From: an uncultured Eubacteriales bacterium
Lineage (GTDB): Bacteria > Bacillota > Clostridia > Oscillospirales > Acutalibacteraceae
Assembly (NCBI GenBank): GCA_964500965.1
Contig: CAZCQZ010000001.1
Span: forward strand, 58,168-122,167
Reading direction: 5' to 3'
Length of the DNA stretch: 64,000 nucleotides
In this document: positions 27,306-37,389 of the stretch, in pieces
Layout of the letters: the number at the start of each line of letters is the position of its first letter
How positions within the stretch are numbered: the first letter of the stretch is position 1
Program-made: the position numbers and the translations under genes
Notes under the pieces: model-generated
What the model was told of the DNA's origin: nothing
What the model saw: only the letters and a program-made list of their open reading frames with translations
Database searches by the model: none

Positions 27306-28139
27306 ATGAATTTTTCCGCAGTCGATGTCTGTCGGCAGGGCGTTTATCTTACCGCCGACAGACTAAGCAGGGATATTTACGAAAAAGGGCGTCGCAAACG
27401 CATACTTGACAGTGTTTCCTTTTCCGCAGTACCCGGTGAGCTTATCGCCGTAATCGGCAGCTCGGGCTCAGGCAAGTCCACGCTGATCAACTGTTTAAAC
27501 GGCTTTGAACCTGCCACTGACGGCGCGGTATATATTAACGGCAAAAATCTCCTGGAGCATTACGACGCATTCAAGTCCGAAATCGGCTACGTTTCACAAT
27601 CGGAGGCTGTACACGACCGCCTGAGCGTATACAGTATGCTGAGATTTACCGCTCGTTTAAGGCTCGACTCGGAAATAACGAGCTTTGAAATCGAACAGCG
27701 AATTGCCGATGCTCTGCGTATATTGGGACTTACCGAGCATCGGCACAAGCTTATAAAAAAGCTCAGCGGCGGTCAAAGAAAGCGCGCCTGTATTGCCGCC
27801 GAGCTGATTAGCGACCCTTCGCTTTTCTTCCTTGACGAGCCTACCTCCGGTCTTGACCCGGAAGCCGAGGCTTCCCTTATGAAGCAGTTGCGTCTGCTTG
27901 CTCACAAGAAGCGCAAAACCGTCATCTGTATCACTCACACGCTTCAAAGCATTTCGCTTTTCGATAAAATTATTTTTCTCGCTCCCGGCGGTCGGCTGTG
28001 TTTTTTCGGTACATTAACTCAGGCACTCGATTTTTTCAAGGTTGACAGTCTCTCCGACGCCTACGAGCTGATACGCCGCGACCCTCAAAAATATGTGCAT
28101 GCCTGTTCAGTCCTTTCCGGGGAGGCTGTTCGGCTATGA
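27306..28139 (+). CDS. ABC transporter ATP-binding protein (ABC-2/ABCG-like exporter)
   Basis: Walker A GSSGSGKST, signature LSGGQRKR, Walker B LFFLDEPTSGLD. Start moved to ATG 27306 (AAAGGAA upstream). The track start at 27186 overlaps uvrC. Confidence 0.85.
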   Translation: MNFSAVDVCRQGVYLTADRLSRDIYEKGRRKRILDSVSFSAVPGELIAVIGSSGSGKSTLINCLNGFEPATDGAVYINGKNLLEHYDAFKSEIGYVSQSEAVHDRLSVYSMLRFTARLRLDSEITSFEIEQRIADALRILGLTEHRHKLIKKLSGGQRKRACIAAELISDPSLFFLDEPTSGLDPEAEASLMKQLRLLAHKKRKTVICITHTLQSISLFDKIIFLAPGGRLCFFGTLTQALDFFKVDSLSDAYELIRRDPQKYVHACSVLSGEAVRL

Positions 28140-28996
28140 AGCACCGTTCGACCTTTCTCTATCAGACTAAAATTCTTATTTTTCGCAATGCCGAGATTCT
28201 TTTCAACAGCACCGGCAAGCTGATTCTTCTTACAGCTCTGCCTATTGTCAGCGGACTTATTGTCGGTATTGCCGCAGGCGGCAATATGTTTTCGTCATTT
28301 TCCGATTCACAGACAGGTTATTTTGTGCTCTGCTGTGCAATGGTATTTACCGGTGTATTCAATTCCATTCAGGAAATATGCCGTGAGCGGGATATTCTCA
28401 AACGCGAATACTGCGCAAATCTGCGTTTGGGCTCCTATGTCTGCGGAAAGCTTTGTGTGCAGGCGGCAATCTGTGCGGTGCAGGCAATGTTGCTCCTGCT
28501 TGTTTTCTGTCTGTTTGCCGATTATTCAAAAAATGCAGGCGGACTGATAATGCCTGCATTTTTTGAAGCTTTTGTTTCTCTTTTTCTTCTGAATCTCGCC
28601 AGTGATACTACCGGGCTTTTTCTGTCATCTCTTGTTAAGACCGTCGATATTGCCAACATTATCGCTCCGGTTTTTCTCATTTTACAGGTTGTTTTTTCGG
28701 GGGTGCTTTTTCCGTTAAACGGCATTTTTAAGCTTGTTTCACGGTTTATGGTCGGGCATTGGGCAATTGAAGCATTGGGTGCTTCCGGCGATATTGCCGC
28801 CGAGCTTCGGGAAAAGCAGGTTATGGCTACTTCAGTTGGCAGGAGCATCAGTCCGCGGCAGTCCGATATTATCGACATGTACAAGCCCAAAATCGGATTT
28901 CTGCTCACCGCATGGGGCGCATTGGCAGGATTTATATTGCTCTTTTCGGTTTTGTGCGTGTATTCGCTCAAAAGAGTTGCAAAGGATACAAGGTAA
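28136..28996 (+). CDS. ABC-2 type transporter permease
   Basis: 286 aa with six predicted TM segments. ATGA start/stop overlap with the ATPase gene. Confidence 0.8.
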   Translation: MKHRSTFLYQTKILIFRNAEILFNSTGKLILLTALPIVSGLIVGIAAGGNMFSSFSDSQTGYFVLCCAMVFTGVFNSIQEICRERDILKREYCANLRLGSYVCGKLCVQAAICAVQAMLLLLVFCLFADYSKNAGGLIMPAFFEAFVSLFLLNLASDTTGLFLSSLVKTVDIANIIAPVFLILQVVFSGVLFPLNGIFKLVSRFMVGHWAIEALGASGDIAAELREKQVMATSVGRSISPRQSDIIDMYKPKIGFLLTAWGALAGFILLFSVLCVYSLKRVAKDTR

Positions 28997-29002
28997 AAAA
29001 GG

Positions 29003-29026
29003 ACAGCTCCGAAAAACCGGAGCTGT
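29003..29026. terminator. terminator hairpin between convergent genes
   Basis: ACAGCTCCG-aaaaac-CGGAGCTGT followed by TTTTTCC. Confidence 0.55.
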
Positions 29027-29037
29027 TTTTCCTTTTA

Positions 29038-29916
29038 TTATGCTTCTTTATTTTCCGCTTCCTCCTGCTGTGTTGCAGTGGAATTTTCACTCAGCACCGA
29101 GCGGTTTACCACGCCCTCGTATTTCAGCTTTATGTAATGCTTGCCGGTAAAACTTTTTCCGCATATTCCGCATCTGTACTGTGCGTTAAAGCAACGTCCT
29201 TTATTTGTGACCTCGGAGGTGCGTTTGAGCAGCACTCCGCATTCGGGACATCTGACCATAAACATTGACGGCTTTATCAGTGGGCTTTTCAGGTCGCAGA
29301 CAGACACCGTTTTAAAGGTCAGCCACTCATAAAATTCGACATCTGCTTTTTTTACAAGCCTTTCAAAATTTTCACGGCTGTAGGTACGTTTCAGGCACTC
29401 GGCGGAAACCATACTGTCATCAAGAGCACGGTGCATATCCATGCTTCCGACTTCAATTCCCAATTTTTCCGCCATAGCCGAAAGTCCGAGCTGCAATCCG
29501 TTTTCAACGTCCATATTCTGCTGACAAAGCATTTGAATGTCACAGTAATTATGCATAAACGCTATTTCCCTGTGCCGTTTGTACGCTTCAAGATTTTCCA
29601 TTAAAACCAGTATATCTCCCGTTCCGAATGACATCACACAGTTCTCATCATTGCCTGCCCAACGTCCGAGCAATTCGTAGGCGGTCAGAAAATCCACACC
29701 GCCGGAGACCTCACGATTTGAAATATGCGTAAGCCGTTTCACTCTGCCGGACAGCTTTTTGTTGAATTTCGGTGATACCAGCACCGAAAATTCATCTATG
29801 ATATTCAAGTCATCATTCAGCGCAACTGCGCCTATTTCAATTATTTCATTGAAATAGCGTTCCAGTCTGCCGGAAAAAGCACCGTTCCATTCAAGGTCGA
29901 TTATTATATATTTCAA
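29038..29916 (-). CDS. DEDDh 3'-5' exonuclease (DnaQ/KapD-like) with a C-terminal zinc ribbon
   Basis: IIIDLEWNG (ExoI), EIIEIGAV, HRALDD (ExoIII, DEDDh), and a C-terminal CPECG...CGICG. The probable TTG start at 29916 gives MKYIIIDLE behind GAGGTGA. The track TTG at 29952 abuts the upstream terminator. Confidence 0.75.
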   Translation of the reverse strand: MKYIIIDLEWNGAFSGRLERYFNEIIEIGAVALNDDLNIIDEFSVLVSPKFNKKLSGRVKRLTHISNREVSGGVDFLTAYELLGRWAGNDENCVMSFGTGDILVLMENLEAYKRHREIAFMHNYCDIQMLCQQNMDVENGLQLGLSAMAEKLGIEVGSMDMHRALDDSMVSAECLKRTYSRENFERLVKKADVEFYEWLTFKTVSVCDLKSPLIKPSMFMVRCPECGVLLKRTSEVTNKGRCFNAQYRCGICGKSFTGKHYIKLKYEGVVNRSVLSENSTATQQEEAENKEA

Positions 29917-29957
29917 GCAGTTTATCACCTCAAAATCTCGAACAATTTGCAACTAAA

Positions 29958-29985
29958 AAAGCCCTGCCCAACGGGACAGGGCTTT
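29958..29985 (-). terminator. terminator after the DUF1292 gene
   Basis: Minus strand AAAGCCCTGtCCC-gtt-GGGCAGGGCTTT followed by TTTAGTT. Confidence 0.6.
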
Positions 29986-29994
29986 CAGTCAAAA

Positions 29995-30312
29995 TCAGTC
30001 TACGTCTACGAAATTGATTTCGTCCTTATATTTTTCCTTGAAAATATTAAATACGGCAAGCTCAACCTCTCTGTCCTCAACAGCGGCAAAGAACTGCTCG
30101 TCCTCGGTTTCGCTCTCAACAAGGAGAATAACAACCTCGTCAACACCGTCGTTATCCTCGCTCTCCATGGGTAGAAGAATTGCGTACTCATTGCCGTCAT
30201 ACTCAATAACGTCCATAAGCTCAAATTCTATTTCGTTGCCCTCCTCATCGGACAGGGTAAGGGTATCAAGCTCCTCATCTTCGGGGATATTGTTCATTTT
30301 TTCGTTGCTCAT
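29995..30312 (-). CDS. DUF1292 family acidic protein
   Basis: 105 aa. LTLSDEEGNEIEFELMDVIEYDGNEYAILLP is the DUF1292 core pattern. Confidence 0.8.
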   Translation of the reverse strand: MSNEKMNNIPEDEELDTLTLSDEEGNEIEFELMDVIEYDGNEYAILLPMESEDNDGVDEVVILLVESETEDEQFFAAVEDREVELAVFNIFKEKYKDEINFVDVD

Positions 30313-30324
30313 AATAATTCTCCT

Positions 30325-32160
30325 TTACTGATTTGATTTGGCTTTATTCATTGCTTTAACTCTCGCTTCCTTTGTGAGAAGCGTTTTTCTCAGACGAATG
30401 TTATTAGGCGTAACCTCAACAAGCTCGTCGTCTGCGATAAATTCAAGTGCCTGCTCAAGAGAAAACACGGTGTGCGGTGTCAGTCTCAGGGCTTCATCAG
30501 AGCCTGACGCACGGGTATTTGTAACGTGCTTCTTCTTGCAGACGTTTACAACTATGTCCTCATTCTTCGGAGCATAGCCGACTATCATGCCCTCGTAAAC
30601 AGGCACGCCGGGACCAATCAACATTCTGCCTCTCTCCTGTGCGTTAAACAGTCCGTATGCATTGGATTCGCCTGTTTCAAAGGCAATAAGGCTTCCCTGC
30701 TGACGCATGACTATATCGCCCTTATAAGGCTCATAGCCGTCAAAGACGTGATTCATTATGCCGTTTCCGTTTGTATCCGTAAGAAACTCTGAGCGATATC
30801 CCATAAGCCCTCTTGATGGGATTCTGAATTCCATATGGGTCATGCCCGACTGACGGGCATCCATGGTTTGCAGTTCGCCCTTTCTGGAGCAAATTTTTTC
30901 CATGACCGCTCCGACATAATCCTCCGGCACTTCAATCATAAGCAGCTCCATAGGCTCGCATCTCACGCCGTCGATATACTTATATATTACCTGCGGACGT
31001 GAAACCATAAATTCAAAATTCTGACGGCGCATGGTTTCGATAAGAATTGAAAGATGAAGCTCACCTCTGCCGGAAACCTTAAAGGTATCGGCAGATTCGG
31101 TTTCCTCGACACGCATTGCCACGTTGGTTTCAACCTCTCTGAACAGCCTGTCACGGATATTTCGTGAGGTTACATATTTGCCGTCCTGACCTGCAAAAGG
31201 ACCGTTGTTTACCATGAACAGCATTGATACCGTAGGCTCGTCAATCTTCACAAAGGGCAACGGCTCGATATGTTCGGGGTCACAGGCAGTTTCGCCGATA
31301 TTCAAATCAAGGAATCCGGACACCGCGATTATATCACCGACAGATGCGCTTGTCGCTTCAACTCTGCGCAGATTTTCAAACTGGTAAAGTCTGCCGATTT
31401 TTACATTCTGATTTGTGCCGTCTGTGTGGCACAGCACCATCTGCTGACCGGTTTTTACAGTTCCGCGCTCAACACGTCCGATACCGATTTTTCCCACATA
31501 TTCATCGGCGTCTATATTGGAAAACAACACCTGTGCCGATCCCTCCGGGTCACCTACGGGAGCAGGAATCGTTTCGAGAATCGTTTCAAACAGAGGCACC
31601 ATATCAGTACCCTTTTCATATGCATCAAGGGAAGCATATCCGTCACGACCGGAAGCATAAACCACCGGAAATTCAATCTGCTCGTCATCTGCGCCCAAAT
31701 CAATAAACAGGTCGATTATTTCATCGACAACCTCCGCCGGTCTTGCCATGGGACGGTCAATTTTATTGATTACGACAATCGCCTTTTTGCCCAGACCCAA
31801 AGCCTTTTTCAGAACGAATCTTGTCTGTGGCATACAGCCCTCAAAGGCATCTACAAGCAGGATTATGCCGTCAACCATCATCAAAATTCGCTCAACTTCG
31901 CCGCCGAAATCGGCATGACCCGGAGTATCGACAATGTTAATTTTTACTCCGTTGTACATAACCGCCGTGTTTTTGGCAAGAATTGTTATTCCGCGTTCAC
32001 GCTCAATATCGTTTGAGTCCATAACGCGCTCTGCAACTACCTCATTCTCGCGAAAAACGCCGCTCTGCTTCAAAAGCTGGTCAACCAGGGTAGTCTTTCC
32101 GTGGTCAACATGGGCAACTATCGCTATATTTCTAAGTCTTTCCTGTGGAGCATTCGCCAT
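30325..32160 (-). CDS. typA: translational GTPase TypA/BipA
   Basis: [18 protein letters not shown] (G1), [14 protein letters not shown] (G3), NKID (G4). About 611 aa. Start at MANAPQ (ATG 32160); the track ATG is at 32181. Confidence 0.95.
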   Translation of the reverse strand: MANAPQERLRNIAIVAHVDHGKTTLVDQLLKQSGVFRENEVVAERVMDSNDIERERGITILAKNTAVMYNGVKINIVDTPGHADFGGEVERILMMVDGIILLVDAFEGCMPQTRFVLKKALGLGKKAIVVINKIDRPMARPAEVVDEIIDLFIDLGADDEQIEFPVVYASGRDGYASLDAYEKGTDMVPLFETILETIPAPVGDPEGSAQVLFSNIDADEYVGKIGIGRVERGTVKTGQQMVLCHTDGTNQNVKIGRLYQFENLRRVEATSASVGDIIAVSGFLDLNIGETACDPEHIEPLPFVKIDEPTVSMLFMVNNGPFAGQDGKYVTSRNIRDRLFREVETNVAMRVEETESADTFKVSGRGELHLSILIETMRRQNFEFMVSRPQVIYKYIDGVRCEPMELLMIEVPEDYVGAVMEKICSRKGELQTMDARQSGMTHMEFRIPSRGLMGYRSEFLTDTNGNGIMNHVFDGYEPYKGDIVMRQQGSLIAFETGESNAYGLFNAQERGRMLIGPGVPVYEGMIVGYAPKNEDIVVNVCKKKHVTNTRASGSDEALRLTPHTVFSLEQALEFIADDELVEVTPNNIRLRKTLLTKEARVKAMNKAKSNQ

Positions 32161-32404
32161 ACGCTTAACACCTGAATTCATTTTATTTACATAACTTGCA
32201 TATTATACACTATTTATCTGAAAAAATAAAGAGCCTTGTACTATCCGCATTGCAGAAATGCCGTGATAATCGACGCATTTTTTGAGCTATTATTACCATA
32301 GTCCCGTTCCTCTTTATCCTGACAAGCATACAGAAAACGGCAGTGGCTTTTAATAAATCGCAAGTAAATGCAGGTAAATTTGATTAAAAAATTATAAAAA
32401 GGTA

Positions 32405-32433
32405 GTGACTTCACAATATATTTATGTTATAAT
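32405..32433 (+). promoter_or_regulatory. putative sigma-A promoter of phoH-ybeY
   Basis: GTGACT-17 nt-TATAAT, about 87 nt upstream of the phoH ATG. Confidence 0.45.
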
Positions 32434-32519
32434 AACACAAATTAAAGGTGCGGTTTTGTCGTTTGATTTCTCTATCACGGCAATTTACACCGATTACTGT
32501 CTCAGAGGTAATGCTATAG

Positions 32520-33491
32520 ATGTACGAACAAATTGTCAATTTTGAACGAATGGAACATGCCATCGGTCTTTTCGGCAGCTTCGATGAAAATGTTAAAATC
32601 ATCGAAAAGGAATTTAATGTTACTATTATCTGTCGCGGCACCGAAATGAAAATTTCAGGTGAGCCGGACGATACTTCAAAGGCTGTCCGTGCGGTCAACA
32701 CTCTACTTATGATGATAAATCGCGGCGAAGCCCTTTCCGAGCAGAGTGTGCGATACTGCATTCAAATGGTGCGTGACGGCACTGACGATAAAATGGAATC
32801 CATGATACGCGAATGTATCTGTATCACCACCAAAGGCAAGCCCGTCAAGCCCAAGACTCTCGGTCAGAGCCGGTATGTCGAAGCCATAGAAAAAAACACA
32901 ATAACCATCGGCGTAGGTCCTGCCGGCACAGGTAAAACCTACCTCGCCGTTGCCATGGCGGTTGCCGCTTTCAGAGCCGGCAGCATAAGCAGAATTATTC
33001 TTACACGTCCTGCTGTGGAGGCAGGCGAAAAGCTGGGCTTTCTTCCCGGCGATTTGCAGCAGAAAATCGACCCTTATCTCAGACCGCTTTACGATGCGCT
33101 TTTTGAAATGCTCGGTGCGGAGGCGTTTGCAAGGTATCAGGAACGAGGTGTAATAGAAGTCGCTCCTCTTGCCTATATGCGCGGTCGCACGCTGGACGAT
33201 AGCTTTATCATTCTCGATGAGGCTCAGAATACGTCCCGTGAGCAAATGAAAATGTTTCTCACCCGTCTGGGCTTTAATTCAAAAATGATAGTCAACGGAG
33301 ATTCCTCTCAGATTGACCTGCCCGACGGCAAAAAATCCGGTCTTCTGGAGGTTGCCAGAATTTTAAAGGGTATTGACGGTATAGGTATAATAAGACTTGA
33401 CGAGCGCGATGTTGTACGTCACAAACTTGTCCAGGACATCATCAAAGCTTACGAAAAAGCCGATGCAAATAATGCAAGAAAGCAAAACTAA
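32520..33491 (+). CDS. phoH: PhoH family ATPase
   Basis: Walker A GPAGTGKTYLAVA and Walker B FIILDEAQN. 323 aa. Confidence 0.92.
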   Translation: MYEQIVNFERMEHAIGLFGSFDENVKIIEKEFNVTIICRGTEMKISGEPDDTSKAVRAVNTLLMMINRGEALSEQSVRYCIQMVRDGTDDKMESMIRECICITTKGKPVKPKTLGQSRYVEAIEKNTITIGVGPAGTGKTYLAVAMAVAAFRAGSISRIILTRPAVEAGEKLGFLPGDLQQKIDPYLRPLYDALFEMLGAEAFARYQERGVIEVAPLAYMRGRTLDDSFIILDEAQNTSREQMKMFLTRLGFNSKMIVNGDSSQIDLPDGKKSGLLEVARILKGIDGIGIIRLDERDVVRHKLVQDIIKAYEKADANNARKQN

Positions 33492-33507
33492 CGGAGGTTT
33501 TAAGGAA

Positions 33508-34005
33508 ATGGATAAAATCAGAGTTCTTATTACTAACGAACAAAAGGCAGTTAAAATTCCTACCGGTATCAGACTTCTTATCAGAAGATGCTGCAACGCC
33601 GTGCTGAAGCTTGAGGGGTTTGAGGGACCTGCCGATATAAGCGTCACTTTTGTCGATAACGACAGGATTCAGGAAATAAACCGTGAGCATCGCAAGGTCG
33701 ACGCCGTTACCGACGTTCTTTCTTTCCCTCTGGGTGAAAACGGTGTATGGGATATAGACCCCGACACCGGCGCACAGCAACTTGGAGATATTGTCATTTG
33801 CGTTCCGCGCGCCGTTGAGCAGGCGGAGCGTTTCGGTCACTCTTTCCAGCGCGAAATGGGCTATCTCACCGCCCATTCAATGCTGCATCTGCTTGGCTAT
33901 GACCATGAGCAGGGCGGTCTTGAAGCGGTACATATGCGCGAAAAGGAAGAAACCGTTATGATTATGCTCGGTTTGCCGAGAGATGAAAGCTACGCAACCG
34001 AATAA
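33508..34005 (+). CDS. ybeY: rRNA maturation endoribonuclease YbeY
   Basis: Zinc motif HSMLHLLGYDH. ATG 33508 behind GGAGG. The track start at 33397 overlaps phoH. Confidence 0.92.
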   Translation: MDKIRVLITNEQKAVKIPTGIRLLIRRCCNAVLKLEGFEGPADISVTFVDNDRIQEINREHRKVDAVTDVLSFPLGENGVWDIDPDTGAQQLGDIVICVPRAVEQAERFGHSFQREMGYLTAHSMLHLLGYDHEQGGLEAVHMREKEETVMIMLGLPRDESYATE

Positions 34006-34024
34006 TCGCGATTATAATAATATC

Positions 34025-34058
34025 GGGGCAGTAAAAAACTTTCGTTTTTTACTGCCCC
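34025..34058. terminator. terminator hairpin between ybeY and the convergent flavoreductase gene
   Basis: GGGGCAGTAAAAAAC-tttc-GTTTTTTACTGCCCC followed by TTTGTT. Confidence 0.65.
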
Positions 34059-34068
34059 TTTGTTCGTA

Positions 34069-34641
34069 TCATTCACATGCTTTCGCAAAAGCTACTCCGT
34101 CCCCGAAAGCTTTGCCCACAACCGCGCCGACAACGCGGTAGGTATTATGAACCGGGTCAAATGTTATGGGGCGAAACTTATCCGGGTCTATCAGACCTTT
34201 TTCATCTAATATGCTTTCATCTGCCGAGACATTGACAATCTCACCGAGAAGAATACAGCTTTCACTGTTGTAGCTTATGAGCTTGCATTCGACTGTCATG
34301 GGCAGCTCGTTTATAACAGGTGCGTTTACAAACTCGGATTTAGTGCATGAAAATCCGGCTTTTTCCATTTTCATATGGTCGGCATTTCCGGAAACCACAC
34401 CTACATAGTCGCATGGCGCAACCGTATCGGCAGTTGCCATGCTTACGGTAAAAGCACCGCTTACAAGGATATTTTCGGTGGTTTTGTGTCCTGCGCTTAT
34501 GCAGACCGCGATTTGATTTTCTTCGCTTATTCCTCCCCATGCGGCGTTCATTGCGTTGGGGTTGCCGTCCTTGTCGTAGGCGGCAAGAATAAACACCGGC
34601 TGAGGATATACCCATGGTTTTGCTCCGTAATTTTTTCTCAT
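34069..34641 (-). CDS. flavin reductase-like FMN-binding protein
   Basis: 190 aa. Split-barrel flavoreductase pattern (PQPVFILAAYDKDGNPNAMNAAWGG). Confidence 0.7.
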   Translation of the reverse strand: MRKNYGAKPWVYPQPVFILAAYDKDGNPNAMNAAWGGISEENQIAVCISAGHKTTENILVSGAFTVSMATADTVAPCDYVGVVSGNADHMKMEKAGFSCTKSEFVNAPVINELPMTVECKLISYNSESCILLGEIVNVSADESILDEKGLIDPDKFRPITFDPVHNTYRVVGAVVGKAFGDGVAFAKACE

Positions 34642-34657
34642 ATTAAAACCTCACTTT

Positions 34658-36568
34658 TCATTTTGCATTTGTTATATCAACACGTGCTCGCTCACCGGGG
34701 CTGAGAGTAATTTCCTGTCCGCAGAGCGTTCCCGTGCCGGAAGAAACACAGGCTATGTAATCTCCGTATTTATCGGTAGTTACCGCATAGCTTTTTCCGT
34801 TAAACTCAAAGGTTACATCGCACAAAACAGCTGCCGTACCGTCGGGGTTGCTTGCCGTGCCGTAGATAACCGCGGTTGAATCACCTGCGGTGTTATACAA
34901 ATATGCATTCAATACCGGCAGGGCAACGTGGTCATAATCGAAAAACGTGGTAGTCTCAACGCAATTTTCCCTTGCGGTATTTGTCGCGCTTCTGATTGCC
35001 CAGCCGACTCCCTCCTGTTTTACAAGCACGGGGTCCCAGTAAAGGTCGCCTACGCATCTGCCGTCCTTAACCGATTTTATTGCGTTGATAAGCTCATACA
35101 TAAAGTCGCGCTGACCCTCCGGAGAGCAGGAATATATGCCCTTGTATGCGCCGTTGTCCGCAAGCTGACCGGGAGTGCCCCAGTTTATGCCGCTTTCCAT
35201 AATGAGAATATCTTTGTCAAAACGGTCAATCATCATGTTGCACCATTCCACAAGGTCGCCGGTATCAAGAGCGTTTTTGACCGCGTTTTTGTCCTCTGTC
35301 TGTGCCCAGTAGGGATAATAAGAAATGCCGATAACATCGTATTTAACGTCATATTCCTCGCACAGTCCGTAAAACCACACGCCTGTTCCTTTGCGGCTTT
35401 CCCAGAACATATCGTCCGCGTTGCATGAGGAGTGAAGAACGATTTTTGAGCTTGGAGAAACTTCCTTTACCGCACGGTAGCCTGCGTCCATAAAAGCGCA
35501 GAAAGCGTCCATTGCGGCATCGGTTGTCCATGTGCAGGAATAGGGCTGAAGTATGCCGCCCTGCATTTCATTGCCGAGAGAAACATATTCGGGATAAATA
35601 CCCTCGGCGGCAAGGCGTTTCATGAAGTCCGACGTAAAGCCGTAAATGCAGTCGGTCAATATTTCCGTTATCTCCTGCTCGTCCTCAATGCCGTCAATCT
35701 TTTCAAGCCAGTCACAGGGTACTATGTCATTGCCCCAGTAATCGGAATACATAAAGGAAAGCTGAATCTTCATTCCCTTGCTGTGAGCGCGGAGAGCAAG
35801 GTCAAATATAGCGTCCGCGTCTTTATAACCGGAGGGGAACATATCGCCGTATTCGTTTATGTAATCGCCGGGATTGTTGTAAAGCTCAAGACGCACGATG
35901 TTACAGCCGTTTTCAGCCATTATCTGCAAGGCATCGGCTTCACTGCCGTCGGCACGGTAATACTTTCCGCCCAAATCCTCAACCCAGTCGAGCCAGCTTA
36001 TCGCACCGCCGAAAAGCGATTCATAGGGTGTATCCTGATTGGTTTCGTATTTGAGAGACAGGGAATCAATATTAACATATTGACCCTCTCCGGCAGAACA
36101 GATACCGATTTCAAGCATACCGTCGGCTTCAACGCATATGCCGCGAACGGTAACGGTAGTCCACGTGTCCTCGTGAATTGTTCTCGGAACAGAGGTCATG
36201 CATTTTCCCTGGTTTGTGCCGTTACCGTAGATATAGCAATATGACTGATTGCCCTCATTCACAGTGCTTGCTTCAAGATAATAATAACCGGGCGTAAGAC
36301 CCTTTATGTGCTGAACAGCCGAAACTTCGTAAGCATTGTCCGAGCCGAGCCGCAAAGAATACTCGCCGCTTTCGGCAAGTGTGCTGTCTAAAGAGGCGGC
36401 GGTTTTGTCGCTTATGCTCCAGTAATCTTTCAGACTGCTTTCAAAGCCCGAATTTTCAATATCTCCGTCGGCATACTTAACTGTTTTGCCGCATGATGAA
36501 AAAAGGCAAAGGGCGGTGGATATTACCGTAACAACGGCAATAATTCTTCTGATGACGGTTTTATTCAC
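34658..36568 (-). CDS. GH53 arabinogalactan endo-beta-1,4-galactanase, lipoprotein, with an N-terminal CBM-like and a C-terminal beta-sandwich domain
   Basis: Lipobox LFSSCG. GH53 blocks NGCNIVRLELYNNP, acid/base LGNEMQGG, ISYYPYW, and nucleophile region ILIMESG. Confidence 0.8.
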   Translation of the reverse strand: MNKTVIRRIIAVVTVISTALCLFSSCGKTVKYADGDIENSGFESSLKDYWSISDKTAASLDSTLAESGEYSLRLGSDNAYEVSAVQHIKGLTPGYYYLEASTVNEGNQSYCYIYGNGTNQGKCMTSVPRTIHEDTWTTVTVRGICVEADGMLEIGICSAGEGQYVNIDSLSLKYETNQDTPYESLFGGAISWLDWVEDLGGKYYRADGSEADALQIMAENGCNIVRLELYNNPGDYINEYGDMFPSGYKDADAIFDLALRAHSKGMKIQLSFMYSDYWGNDIVPCDWLEKIDGIEDEQEITEILTDCIYGFTSDFMKRLAAEGIYPEYVSLGNEMQGGILQPYSCTWTTDAAMDAFCAFMDAGYRAVKEVSPSSKIVLHSSCNADDMFWESRKGTGVWFYGLCEEYDVKYDVIGISYYPYWAQTEDKNAVKNALDTGDLVEWCNMMIDRFDKDILIMESGINWGTPGQLADNGAYKGIYSCSPEGQRDFMYELINAIKSVKDGRCVGDLYWDPVLVKQEGVGWAIRSATNTARENCVETTTFFDYDHVALPVLNAYLYNTAGDSTAVIYGTASNPDGTAAVLCDVTFEFNGKSYAVTTDKYGDYIACVSSGTGTLCGQEITLSPGERARVDITNAK

Positions 36569-36589
36569 ATTAACACATCCTTAAATTTT

Positions 36590-37237
36590 TTAGGCAACGG
36601 GATTTGCTTCACACAAATGGGCTATGGGACAGTCGGCGCATTTCGGGTTTCTGGCGGTACATACATCTCTGCCGAACATGACAAAGCGGTGGCATAGGTC
36701 GTTGGATTCGGCAGGGTCGCAGATTTCGCGCAGTTGAAGCTCGACCTTATGGGGGTCTTTTGAATCGCACAGACCGAGACGGTTTGAAATGCGTATGCAG
36801 TGAGTATCAGCCACAACCGCAGGCTGACCGTATACATCTCCCATTATTAGATTGGCGGTTTTTCTGCCCACGCCCGGCAGCTTCAGAAGTCCATCAAGTG
36901 TGTCGGGCATAACGCCGCCCAATTCATAACGAAGCATTTTACAGAGAGCGGAAATATCCCGTGCCTTTGTTTTATAAAGACCGCAGGATTTAATGATGTT
37001 CTCAATGTCCTCAACGTCGGCTTCGCTCAGGGCTTCAAGGGTCGGGTATTTTGAAAAAAGCACAGGCGTGACGGTGTTCACCCTTGCATCGGTACACTGT
37101 GCCGCAAGCCTTGTGGCAATAAGCAGGTGCAGCGGCTCGGTATAATTAAGTGAGCATACCGCATCGGGGTACAGCTTTTTCAGTTCATCGACTATGTTTG
37201 CGCAACGTTTCTGTTTTGTTTCATGAATTTTGTCCAT
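36590..37237 (-). CDS. nth: endonuclease III
   Basis: HhH-GPD (LPGVGRKTANLIMGD) and a 4Fe-4S cluster loop CTARNPKCADCPIAHLC. Confidence 0.93.
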   Translation of the reverse strand: MDKIHETKQKRCANIVDELKKLYPDAVCSLNYTEPLHLLIATRLAAQCTDARVNTVTPVLFSKYPTLEALSEADVEDIENIIKSCGLYKTKARDISALCKMLRYELGGVMPDTLDGLLKLPGVGRKTANLIMGDVYGQPAVVADTHCIRISNRLGLCDSKDPHKVELQLREICDPAESNDLCHRFVMFGRDVCTARNPKCADCPIAHLCEANPVA

Positions 37238-37306
37238 ATATAAACTCCTTTATAAGCACTTAAATTATACACCGAGAAGAACAATTGCGCAACAATTATA
37301 TTATTC

Positions 37307-37357
37307 TTGAAAACCGAAAGCCAATCGTCTATAATACAGATACATTGTGCTTACAAT
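37307..37357 (+). promoter_or_regulatory. malQ-glgP promoter with a downstream palindrome
   Basis: TTGAAA-17 nt-TATAAT at 37307-37335. ATTGT-gctt-ACAAT at 37344-37357 overlaps a TACAATTGTA palindrome, positioned at or just after the predicted TSS. Confidence 0.5.
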
Positions 37358-37389
37358 TGTATATACAACCTCACCGAGGAGGAAGCTTA

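Noticed and set aside
37308-37323. cre-like (CcpA) site TGAAAACCGAAAGCCA overlapping the malQ -35 box.
   Set aside because: It fails the central CG position and the right half of the TGWAANCGNTNWCA consensus.
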